Assembly (NCBI GenBank): GCA_965203295.1
Contig: CBDBCZ010000018.1
Span: 1,632,001-1,696,000 of the forward strand
From: Nitrospirales bacterium
Lineage (GTDB): Bacteria > Nitrospirota > Nitrospiria > Nitrospirales > UBA8639
Length of the DNA: 64,000 nt
Direction of reading: 5' to 3'
In this document: piece by piece, positions 12,915 to 24,468 of the stretch
How positions within the stretch are numbered: the stretch's first letter is position 1
Layout of the letters: each line of letters starts with the position of its first letter
Notes under the pieces: model-generated
Seen by the model: the letters and a program-made list of their open reading frames with translations, nothing else
What the model was told of the DNA's origin: nothing
The model's database searches: none
Made by a program: the position numbers and the translations under genes

Positions 12915-14050
12915 ATGCTTCAGGTTATATATTCTGTGGATACTTATGGGCAAGGCTTGTGGTTTAAATAAAAGGAACTTGGGTTAGGGATAGGATGTGG
13001 AGAGTTATTAAGAATATGTATTACATCACACAGAGTGCTGTTTTATACTAGAGGGGGGAAATTCAAACCATTTAGTATATAGGACAGGGAGTAGCACAGG
13101 GTTGTATTACATACGTATGTCGCCTATCCTTTTTTTCCAATGAGTTGTTAGTAGGGGTTGAGGACAGGGAGTAGCACAGGGTTGTATTACATACGTATGT
13201 CGCCTATCCTTTTTTTCCAATGAGTTGTTAGTAGGGGTTGAGAAGGCTGGGATTGGCATTATTATTAAGAAAGATGTTAAGGTTGGCAGTCTAATCTTTG
13301 TTGATATGATTAGACTGCCAACCTTAACATCTTTTCTAATAATAATGCCAATCCCAGCCTTCTCAACCCCAACTAACAGCTATGGACTTACAAAAGTTGT
13401 TTAGTGTAGTACAGGAGTTTTGTAATAAATGGAGGTTGAAAATCTAACGTAAGAAAAGAGTGCTGTTATGGTATTTTCTAAAGAGGTTAATACAGGTGCA
13501 TGTACATGGAAGTGGGTGATAAAGACATTCCAGAGGTTGTAAGTTACTGTTACTTAAGCACAGATAATAGTTCATGGGATAATCATGTGCAGAAGGCAAT
13601 TAATAGTGGAGAGAAAAACTTAATCAATTACATAGGTTTTTAGGTAATAGGATTATCAGTACAGTTGCAGGAAGGATAATTATTGTTAGTTTCAATACTT
13701 CACCCTACTTTAGAATAATTATGGTAGTGAGGTGTGTGCTTGTAATAAACGATAAACAGCTTTCTTAGAATTTATACAGCTAAGAGCAGCTAGAAAAATA
13801 CTTGGCTGCTCTTCCAAAATGTGTAATGAAGCAGAAAGGGGGGATATGGGGTTAAAATCTTTAAATGCAGGAGTGATAGGTCAATAATTTAGATGACGAG
13901 AGATATCCTAGATTACTAGACAGTGATTGAGAAGTAAAACCATATAGAGAGAGGTAGGGATAGGAAGACCTGGGGTTAATTAGAAAGAGCTGCTACTATG
14001 CTCTGAGGTAAAAAAGTGTTATATGTCGCAGTGATAGTGAGAGTGCAATG
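12915..14050 (+). mobile_element. Degenerate LINE RT fragment containing a fold-back palindrome
   Basis: Paralog of 8730-10420 without the 718-bp insert; 80-bp tandem repeat at 13082/13162; inverted repeat at 13227-13377. Confidence 0.8.
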
Positions 14051-17000
14051 CCCTGTATGACTACTTATAACATTATCACCAATCTCGTGGTTGTTTTGCA
14101 CTAGACTAGCCCATTACTTCTGAGCCAATGAAACTACAACACTTTCTGAGATAATATGTTTTGCCCCCCCCCCCCCCTTGAGTTGCAGTCCAAATAATCC
14201 AGTACCCTATGTGAAAGCCTCTCATTAAACGTCGTAAAGTGCTAACTGTAGTGCTTTGGTGTCTATAATTATAGCTTATTTGAGTCAACTGCACTCCCAA
14301 GTGTACAGGTTATGGGTGAGCAGAGACGTGAGTGAGCATAGAATATGATATGGATGAGTAGAGGAATAAGTGTATATTAATTGTTATGTACAACCTCAGG
14401 ACAATGCAAACCTTGTGAATGTGCTGTAGTCTTTGGCTGTAGTGTGTCTCCTCTGAGCTATACATTCCTACGAACACACTTTACATGACCCTGTAGCTAC
14501 TTGCTAGTGTCCATGTGTATACTAATTGAAACTGCACAGCAAATGGTGCAAATGTGTGATATGGATTAACTCAGAACACCACAATGTGCTCTTGGTTGAA
14601 CAGTTTTCAAAATAACTTTTCAAAAAACTTTCGAAGAATCCATGCTGGTATGTGGGAACGGAATTGGAGCAGCAACATCAGCTGATGGAGAGAGAAGCTC
14701 CTATTCTTGTGTGGTAGCTGCCCCAACTACATTAATTAAATGATGCAGCATATTTGTGAGTCCCCCTACATGAGGTTATAGGCAACACCTCTTTAATTGT
14801 GGAGTAGCTGACAATCAGAGAACATTATTGAATGGTGGTGGTTGTGCACTTTCAATTTTCAAGAGTTCAGCTAGTCCGGCTACAGTAACCTGAAGTGCAA
14901 ACAACAATTCAGAAGGAAGCAGAAAGGTCCAAACACAGTCAAGAAGATCACAATTTACAGTGAATTATTGAACCGGCGGGAAAAGCCGCAACTTCAACAG
15001 ACGGTTATTAACTCTTTCTCAGCATTGTAGTTTGAATTTGCTTTTGTGTCAGTTCTGTAGTTGTATTGATTACAATTAGCTTCTCTTTAGGCTCTGTAAT
15101 CTACTAGCTGTCTGTTATGTCACTATAATTTTTCAACTAAGTCCTGAGCTAAAACCATTTTCCAAGGAAGTACAAACTACGGTTTGAAAATTTGACCGTG
15201 ATAAACCCACACAACTTATACTACTTTTCTATATTCGCTTACTTGCTCTATTTGTATAGCACAAATATACTGGTGTGAACAAGTGAAAGCATTAGTCTAC
15301 CATTCCAGGAAAAGGAAAACTGACAGTGTAAGTAATGAAAATTATTGCTTATGATCTCATGTGGGATGACTCACACCATATGCCAAATCATAGTCACGCC
15401 ACCGGGACTGCATGAAATTTTTAGTGCACGAGTGTGCCAGAAATTCTATACAGTCTGCAGGTAGCCCTAATTAAAATAATAATCTAATCATAATGAAGTT
15501 GTTGTAATATAATAGAATAATTATGGTAGTGAGGTGTGTGCATGTAATAAACGATAAACAGCTTTCTTAGAATTTATTCAGCTAAAAGCAGCTAAAAAAT
15601 ACTTGGCTGCTCTTCCAAAATGTGTAATGAAGCAGAAAGGGGGGATATGGGGTTAAAATCTTTAAATGCAGGAGTGATAGGTCAATAATTTAGATGATGA
15701 GAGATATCCTAGATTACTAGACAGTGAGTGAGAAGTAAAACCATATAGAGAGAGGTAGGGATAGGAAGACCTGGGGTTAATTAGAAAGAGCTACTACTAT
15801 GCTCTGAGGTAAAAAAGTGTTATATGTCGCAGTGATAGTGAGAGTGCAATGCCCTGTATGACTACTTATAACATTATCACCAATCTCGTGGTTGTTTTGC
15901 ACTAGACTAGCCCATTACTTCTGAGCCAATGAAACTACAACACTTTCTGAGATAATATGTTTTGCCCCCCCCCCCCCCTTGAGTTGCAGTCCAAATAATC
16001 CAGTACCCTATGTGAAAGCCTCTCATTAAACGTCGTAAAGTGCTAACTGTAGTGCTTTGGTGTCTATAATTATAGCTTATTTGAGTCAACTGCACTCCCA
16101 AGTGTACAGGTTATGGGTGAGCAGAGACGTGAGTGAGCATAGAATATGATATGGATGAGTAGAGGAATAAGTTGTTTATTAATTGTTATGTACAACCTCA
16201 GGACAATGCAAACCTTGTGAATGTGCTGTAGTCTTTGGCTGTAGTGTGTCTCCTCTGAGCTATACATTCCTACGAACACACTTTACATGACCCTGTAGCT
16301 ACTTGCTAGTGTCCATGTGTATACTAATTGAAACTGCACAGCAAATGGTGCAAATGTGTGATATGGATTAACTCAGAACACCACAATGTGCTCTTGGTTG
16401 AACAGTTTTCAAAATAACTTTTCAAAAAAACTTTCAAAGAATCCATGCTGGTATGTGGGAACAGAATTGGAGCAGCAACATCAGCTGATGGAGAGAGAAG
16501 CTCCTATTCTTGTGTGGTAGCTGCCCCAACTACATTAATTAAATGATGCAGCATATTCGTGAGTCCCGAGGTTATAGGCAACACCTCTTTAATTGTGGAG
16601 TAGCTGACAATCAGAGAACATTATTGAATGGTGGTGGTTGTGCACTTTCAATTTTCAAGAGTTCAGCTAGTCCGGCTACAGTAACCTGAAGTGCAAACAA
16701 CAATTCAGAAGGAAGCAGAAAGGTCCAAACACAGTCAAGAAGATCACAATTTACAGTGAATTATTAAACCGGCGGAAAAAGCCGCAACTTTAACAGATGG
16801 TTATTAACTTTTTCTCAGCATTGTTGTATGAATTTGCTTGTCAGTTCTGTAGTTGTATTGATTACAATTAGCTTCTCATTAGGCTCTGTAATCTACTAGC
16901 TGTCTGTTATGTCACTATGATTTTTCAACTAAGTCCTGAGCTAAAACCATTTTCCAAGGAAGTACAAACTATGGTTTGAAAATTTGACCGTGATAAATCC

Positions 17001-17387
17001 ACACAACTTATACTACTTTTCTATATTAGCTTACTTGCTCTATTTGTATAGCACAAATATACTGGCATGAACTAGTGAAAGCATTAGTCTACCATTCCAG
17101 GAAAAGGAAAACTGACAGTGTATGTAATGAAAATTATTGCTTATGATCTCATGTGGGATGACTCACACCATATGCCAAATCATAGTCACGCCACCAGGAC
17201 TGCATGAAATTTGAAGTGCACGAGTGTGCCAGTAATTCTATACAGTCTGCAGGTAGCCCTAATTAAAATAATAATCTAATCATAATAATGTTGTTGTAAT
17301 ATACGTATGACTAAAATTTCATGTAGTAGTAATGTCTGAAAACTTTGAGCTTGTAAAATATGTTATAGGTCTACTTGTATTTTGAAG

Positions 17388-17883
17388 AGGGCAAGTTGTA
17401 AAAGCACTCTTGATCTATGGTGGATACGAAATAATTGATTCAGGTATCAAGGTCGGCATACAACCAATTCTGTTCCCACATACCAGCATGGATTCTTTGA
17501 AAGTAGTAATGTCTGAAAACTTTGAGCTTGTAAAATATGTTATAGGTCTACTTGTATTTTGAAGAGGGCAAGTTGTAAAAGCACTCTTGATCTATGGTGG
17601 ATACGAAATAATTTATTCAGGTATCAAGGTCGGCATACAAGCAGGCAAATTTGCTGCAACAGCTTGAATCACTCCAACTTGTCTGAACATAGTAGTCCAT
17701 AGCCTTAGCAATGCTGGTGTCGTCTTTGATGCTTTTGCTGTTCCATTCGATCGCTTAGTTCTAGTAAAAGGTGCATATGACATCCACAAGTATTTGTACA
17801 GGTGGGGAATCACTACAAAGTGATCAGTTGGAGAGGCTGATCAAGGATTCTAATAAGGAAAACAAGAGCTTCAGTTGAAGTAA
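17388..17883 (+). pseudogene. ApoL-like last-exon relics (partial 17388-17463 and full 17565-17883)
   Basis: Near-identical to 7765-8083; also at 59841-60336. Confidence 0.85.
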
Positions 17884-18348
17884 GCATTTAAATCTGCAGA
17901 TAGTGATGTGATTTTTATACATGTGCGTATACATCAAAGTTGTATCGATACTGTCGTATGTATTTAATTCTACTTTTAATGTGTGAATATGTCTATTATG
18001 GGTTGTTTACACTTAACTTATAGTTCCATCATTTTATCAATGTTTTAATCAGTTGGAGAGGAATTTTAATGAAATCAAGAGCTTCAGTTGAAGTAAGCAT
18101 TTGAATCTGCAGATAGTGATGTGAGAATTGGGACAGGTAAGATTTTAAGGCTTTATTAAAACAAGTTATAAGAGTTTGTAGTGTTAATCTGGAATACTAG
18201 GAAGAATAAAGTACGTATACGGTAATCAAGACGTGGTTGCTCTTGCTCTTGTCCGTTGATTGGAGATCTTGGATCTTGGATGATTGGAGCCCCGCCTGCA
18301 TATGTGGGTGCATGCATGGTCAGTGGCGTAAGCGCTATGGCAGTATAT

Positions 18349-18735
18349 GTAATATATAAACCAGGAGGTGTATATCAGTGATATATCACCTGCTGTGGAG
18401 GAGGTTTTTGGGAATATATCGCTCGGGCCGCAGGCCCGAGGGGTATATTTCCAGAAACCTCCGAACACCAGCAGGTGGTATAGCAATAATATTCACCGAT
18501 TGGACATCATATAGCTTTTGGACATATAGCTTTTCCGCTTGCAGAAAGAGAATGCATAACTGAAACAGTACTTGTGATAGAAGGTCAACTGTGACAATAC
18601 TGCAACAGTGGGATGAAACCAAACAGGTGTTGTGCCTCACAAAATGTACTAACTTAACACTCTTATTCTTCTCTCACTCAGGTTCACCCACATTGGCCTA
18701 GTGGTAAGGGATTTCCTTATACTATATACCGGTAT
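18349..18735 (+). mobile_element. Hairpin element centred on ctcgggccGCAggcccgag (3' boundary uncertain)
   Basis: Imperfect palindrome at ~18366-18497; starts gtaatat like the 41040 element. Copy at ~60802-61188. Confidence 0.6.
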
Positions 18736-18890
18736 ACGTAAGTCTCAAATCATTATTGTGGGTGTAGTCTAAACAATGCAAATTATGGCTGAGAAAGGTG
18801 CAAAAGTATACAGCAATAAGTTAATACGCGCAGATGCGATCAATAATCATATCCAGTTCTGATCGATCGAAACCAGGAAAACATGTAGTA

Positions 18891-19065
18891 CAGTGAACCC
18901 CTCTATTGTGGAAACCTTGAGGAACTGGTTAAATGTCCTGTATAGAGAGGGGTCCTCACTTCAGGGGTAAATTTACATTAAGAAAGCATATTTGGGACAT
19001 AGCAAAGTGTCCTTAATACAGAGGTGGCTATAATTCAGGGGTGTCCTTTAGGAGGGGTTCCACTG
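18891..19065. mobile_element. pogo/Tc1-mariner-like MITE with TA TSD
   Basis: ta|cagtgaacccctc...gaggggttccactg|ta; copy at 61344-61518. Confidence 0.75.
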
Positions 19066-21669
19066 TATGTGCACATATATCCTCCGCGGATGCAGTTTTA
19101 CCTGGGGCACAGCCAAGGGGTAAAACCGAGGATATTTTGGGTGCATACCCTCTGAGGGGGTGTGGTCTATCTGACTTATCCCACTACTGCGCATATGCGT
19201 AATTATCGTTAAGTAGCTGGAACTAAGGACGTACAGAAGTGTAGGATATGCGCCTATATATCCTTCTGCTCTCGTTCTATAAAACACTAGAGATGAGATA
19301 AATGCTTTCTGAAATTTTAAGACAAACACAGATTGATAATTTTGCCACTGTACAAGTCATCACACTTGGTGGCTTTGTTGTGACAGTGCTTTGTACCGCA
19401 ATAGAAAATTGTGTTGGAGAATCCCTGAAAGAAGCTGTGAAATAACTGGTATTGTAACAGTGCACGACCTCCTGTGACTTCTGGCACAAATGGCAGAAGT
19501 GGTCCCAAGAACTGCCATGCTTGGGATGGTGTTTTCACCCACCAGTTCTTTGAGGCTGACCTATCTAAACTTTTACAGGCTCTTAAAAATTGAAAATAAT
19601 CTACCGAGGTGCTTTTTGATATAGTCCTATTAGCTAGTGAGAAAAGGCAGTGTAGAGGCAGAAAAATCATAAATGGTAAAAGTAACTAGCTATGAGCTTC
19701 TTCAACAAGAAATTGTCCTTTTGCCTATGCTATACCATAGGACCAGCTTTAATTGCGATAATCTGTTTAATAAGCTACAAAAAAATAAAAACGCAATCAT
19801 GAGTACGCACGCGAATTTATGCACACGCAAAGCACAATTATAAAATGTGCAATTATAACCAGTCCTACACTACCTTAACAGGAAAAGCCCACTGAACTAA
19901 TAGGTGGGTGAGTAATTAATTAGGCTTTGAAGTTTCACTTTTGAAGGACGTTGTCACTTTTTCAGTCAAACCAAGTAGTGGTTTAACTGGTTTTGGTTAA
20001 TACAGCTGCAGGCTCAGACAGACTCAGACTAACAGTGGGTATGCATGCAAGACAAGTAGTTCGGCAGTCATATGTGTGTAACTACCATAGAGCTATCTTT
20101 GACTGCTACTGGTACCGTTGAACTGCCAACACAGCATATGAATATACATGCACTAAAATAAATTACTCACCTATCCTTGGTAAATAGAGCAGTTTCCTTC
20201 GTCTAGTTTCTCTGTTACTACATCCTCTTGGCCCAAGATCAGTAGTCCAGTACACTGGCTGAGCAGCAGTGTGATGTCATCATCGCGTACCCCTGTGACG
20301 GAAATAACTAGTTTAAGTACATTCAAGTACATTTGGGAGGAGTTACAAAAGTAACAGATCATTTTAAAGGTACGTATCTGCACACTACTTGTTTGGTACA
20401 ACAACAGCTACACTCAGGAGGATTGGATGTACAGATTTGATAGTACTCCAAAGATGACCAGTATGCCACTACAAAAAAAACACAGCTGGCTAAAAGACAC
20501 ATACTCAACCAGCACTAATAATAGTTTCGTAGTGGAGCTTCTGAGTGGAGAGGCAAGCTTTATTAACTCTTTACCAACCAATGACGCATATATGCATCAT
20601 GAGCTCCCATAAGCCCATATGAATTATATGGGGGTTTAATACTAGCCGTTAATACTTTGTAAAGGCTTTATTGCTTATTTAAGCTGTTTCTTATGGTTGG
20701 TAAAGGGTTAATTAATGCCAGTAGATGATGGTAGGCCCACCTGTACGACTGCTCTAGCTAGATCATTGCCGTTCTTTTCTTATTATCGTAGGTGTTTTCA
20801 TCCTATTATCTGACCAGCAAATGTTAACAATTATTACCAGCAACTGGGTTACCTTAATTACCATTCTCAAATGAAGTTATTCATGGGAGTTGGTCTGGCA
20901 AAGCCCTTTTCATATTCCTATACCTAGACAGGTTACTTTATTATCACACGGTCACGACAGTACTAGTGAACTAAGGCAGCTGAGCAGCTCACAAATTAGT
21001 CATATATATAATAAATTTCTCCAAAAAGACTCTGTAGTTTTGTAGTCCAATGGCTTTCCTTTGAAAAATAATCACTTGCATCTGCATGACATGTCTGAAA
21101 ATGTTGAGCTACTAAAGTGTATTGGCGTGATAGATGGAGAAGTACACTGTCTATATTCTGTAGACACAGCTCAGCGGCTGTTCTAAACCTGTTCGCGACT
21201 GATACGAGTCACACGTTTTTCTCTGAAATCTCGTAGTGACTCGCATCTAGTCTCTACAACCTTACACAGTTCTGCTTGAGAGACACTCTTGCTATGCTGC
21301 ATGCGTGCTGCGGTATGTCACTGAATATGGCACCACATCAGAACTAAACTTACATCAGTTTGCCAACTACATGCCCACTCCATCTTGTAACATTAAATTA
21401 TATGCATGTCCCTTTTTGGTGCTTGCTAATCTGTTTACTGTTTCACACCTATGATGGGTAAGAATTAATTAGCTATACTGCTCTGTGTCCATCACATAAA
21501 AACTGCATGCCTATTGAAATTCACTGCATTGTTCCTACGTTTAACTATATTGCGTTAACTCGTTCCAGGCTCCCCCCATTGAAAGTGCACTGCAAGTGAC
21601 AAAGCTGGGGAGTCTTGGGATTGCAGCTAATATATTACATGTATTGATTTACCAGCTTCTTGTTCCTGA

Positions 21670-23960
21670 AACAAATAGGCTTTTACCACATACCGGGGCT
21701 GGCCTGGTCAGTAGCTAGGCAGAAACATATCTATGGCAAGAGCATCTGGCTATAGTATTGAAATTTTGATTCAATCCCGCATATTCCCGCTGTCGGACTG
21801 AAGTGGACAGAGTTCCTGTAGAGTCGGAAAGTGGGGGCAGGCTGGTGTCATATAGGAATTTAAAATCCCTCCCATTAATTAAGCCTATGTTAGTAAGATT
21901 ATACTGAGAAAGAATGAGACGTCAACTAAGGTGTGGTTGCCTATACCCTTGCAGGTATATAGATACCCTAAAATACCCCTTCAGAAATAGGTTATGTAAG
22001 CTATGCAGAGCAGAAACTGAAGACTGCCCACCAAGCACTGGCATGGCAGGGTAAGCCACCCATCACCAACACTTGCTGTCCTTCCAGTGACCCCAACCCC
22101 TTGCTGCTGCATTTATATGGTGATGTATACGCATGTAACAATCTATTCAACATACTAACTGTTTATAATATTGTTGTCAAATTAGGGTTCTATACACACA
22201 ACCTCCCCTTCCCATCTAAATAATTAGGACAAAGAGGTCACTACATTTATGCAGAAGACCTCCCTTACGCTGAGGAGTTCCCGGCCCATCTCTACTGCAC
22301 ACACAACGCACCAAGTGCCCAGAGTCACGTACCTCGGATGCATCAGGCTCATGGGGGTGTGGAGCTAGGTGCGGCAATGGAACCAATCCCTGATGTCAAA
22401 GCAGATTGCTGTGAAGGAGCTGTTGCCGACAGTCATTGCAGGAGCAATCTGGGGGCATTCCTGCAGTGGTCAACAGGTGATGTTCCAGTGTGACATAATA
22501 ACAGCCGTTACCGCTAGCCGGGAGTGAGATCTAATATAGGTGCTCCATGCCTCCTTTTCATAGAGGCCTACTTTCAATTTTAGTTTTCGCCTTAACACCT
22601 GCCCAGAGTGGATAATGAGTGTGCGGATGACCTCACCCGCAACCAGATACATGTAACTGCCTTCCAAGAGAAAGTCCCTGAAGCCAGCAGTTTACCTTCA
22701 CCATAGATAATAGAGGACGTGCTCAATTATCTATGCTTTTGCCCATAACCTCTTCCCTACTGCAGTGGCTGCTCCACCCCCAGCTGGATTGGACATCAGC
22801 TGGCTGGACCCAGCTGTTTCTGTCGGAAAGGCATAGCAGATTCGACTCACAAGACTCACAAATCAGCTTTGCCTTGTTTTGGGCCATTTAGCTCATTGTA
22901 ACAAACAGTGCACGTTACGTGCTCTATTATCTATGATTGTTCTGTTACGGTATAGTCTCCCCCTTCCCAGTATTGACTTTGTTATTATACATCCTCCTAT
23001 CTTGCAACTCAACAACTCACCGCACAAACGGTTAAGACCTATCTCTCAGCAATCCGCTATATGCAGATCATTCTGGGCCACGGGAATTCTCCTCGTTACC
23101 CCGCCTACAATTTGTACAAATGGAAATTCAACGCACTCAAATACAGAGGGTCTCTACGCCACCAAGGGTCTGCCCCCCAATTACCCCTGCAGTACTGTCT
23201 CACATCAGAGAACACTGGTTAACAAATTCCTTGGATCCTGACATAATAATCCTATGCATGTTCAGCGGCCTACCTTTGTTTTATGGGTTGGTTTTTCGGT
23301 CAGGTGAGCTGTAGAGCTTTGACCCAACAACACTCCTCAGCTGGGGTGATATTGCAGTGGACAATCATGTGAACCCAGCTGCAATTCGGATTCATCTGAA
23401 GCGATTGAAATGTGACCACATTAAAAAAGGCATATATTAATATTTTCGTGGATAGTACTTACACCCCTATTTGCCCAGTGGCAGCTGTTGTAGCCAATAT
23501 AACAGTTCGAGGCTCAGCTGACGGGCCATTCTTTGATTTGACCAAGCCAAAATTTGTTGCCAAGGTCTGTCAAGCCTAGCCTCGTACCCAGTCCCATCCC
23601 ACCCAGTAAAGTCAAGCCCTGCAAGCAATAGGCCTCCACTTAGCAGGACAAGTTACCGTATTGGGGCAGCAACTGAGGATTCAATAATCCAGACATTAGG
23701 ATGTTGGAGCAGTGCTGCCTTTACCTACATCTGTGCACCTAGAGAGAACCTGGCACATTTTTCGCTCACATTTGTCACGTAGGTTGGGGGGGTAAGAATG
23801 CAGGCACTCTCCCCTGAGCTGATATTGGGGGGCCCAGCTTGGGTCCCCCTCATCTTCACCCTCCAAACACTATAGGGCTGGAAGATACAAGCATCGGGCC
23901 ATTCTGTTGATCCACCTACTTACTGGCCAACACAGAGGTGCCCAGACCTCCCGCTAGACT
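21670..23960 (+). mobile_element. Degenerate DIRS/Ngaro-type tyrosine-recombinase retrotransposon relic (RNase H plus YR)
   Basis: Broken frames give RNase H KELLPTVIAGAIWG...QCD, then YR motifs KGIADSTHKT, QTVKTYLSAIRYMQI, PITPAVL, FRSGEL, LSWGDIAVDN, IHLKRLKCD, CPVAAV, GPFF, SYRIGAAT (cf. GHSFRIGAAT) and EDSIIQTLGCWSSAA. Boundaries approximate. Confidence 0.85.
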
Positions 23961-23993
23961 ATTCCTGTAAGAGAATGCTAGCTGGTTCGGTTA

Positions 23994-24134
23994 CTAGTCT
24001 AGCCCCTCCCTCTCCAATTTTCCCGGTGAGAGGGAGGGGCTAGCAGCTAGACTAACCACTATACTCTCGTCGTCATGGTCCACCCATCCCTATAGTCTCG
24101 CATAGAAGCGCGAGGGGCTGGCTACGCGAGGCTA
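23994..24134. mobile_element. Two tiny TAG...CTA palindromic MITEs (about 23995-24054 and 24093-24134)
   Basis: tagtctagcccctccctctc...gagagggaggggctagcagctagacta; tagtctcgc...cgcgaggcta flanked by ccatcccta/ccatccctt. Confidence 0.65.
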
Positions 24135-24468
24135 CCATCCCTTTATTACCCAGCCACTTTTCCAGACATAAGCTTATACTAATAGCCTACCAAACTCGCA
24201 GCGAGCACTTACCTTCGCTATAGAACTCTGTACGGGAGAGTTGGAAGCGCTCACTATTACAGCGAGCCTGCGCGTGCTTCGGCCTCTAGTCTTCCAGCCG
24301 CATTATTGTACGTGGCTGCAGGTGGCTGGGCTATTTTGTGTAGTGGGTGGGTATTGTGGGTGTGCCCGGTTCTGTTGACCTTTTTCTTCGCACGATTGTG
24401 TGGTTTTGAAGAAGTTAATAGAGTGAGCTAGCTACTCACAACTCACTTCGCTCAGTGATTGGTGCACG

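Larger units (their letters stand above)
6580..18120 (+). repeat. Nested irregular tandem array (periods about 4.19, 3.63 and 1.80 kb)
   Basis: Identical ORF-track entries at 7792/11980 and 10475/14106/15907; marker cctagattactagacagtga at ~10276, ~13907 and ~15708. Units contain a LINE fragment and an ApoL exon relic. Repeated at ~48870-60570. Confidence 0.92.
1..21547 (+). repeat. Large segmental duplication, copy 1 (about 42.3 kb period)
   Basis: Base 1 (atatattcatactaaatcag) recurs at 42287 and base 21547 corresponds to 64000. The ORF track repeats with offsets 42285-42453. Only scattered substitutions and small indels are visible. Confidence 0.98.

Noticed and set aside
10475..16279. 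Repeated 64-aa ORF MGVQLTQISY...
   Set aside because: Its frame depends on poly-C length and changes in the second macro-unit; it is a repeat by-product.
19320..19600. Possible degraded exon with overlapping ORFs
   Set aside because: Looks coding-like, but no family was recognisable and the frames contain stops.
20171..20530. Minus-strand ORF ending next to a GTGAGT donor-like site
   Set aside because: A stop codon precedes the donor, and no partner exon or protein family was identified.
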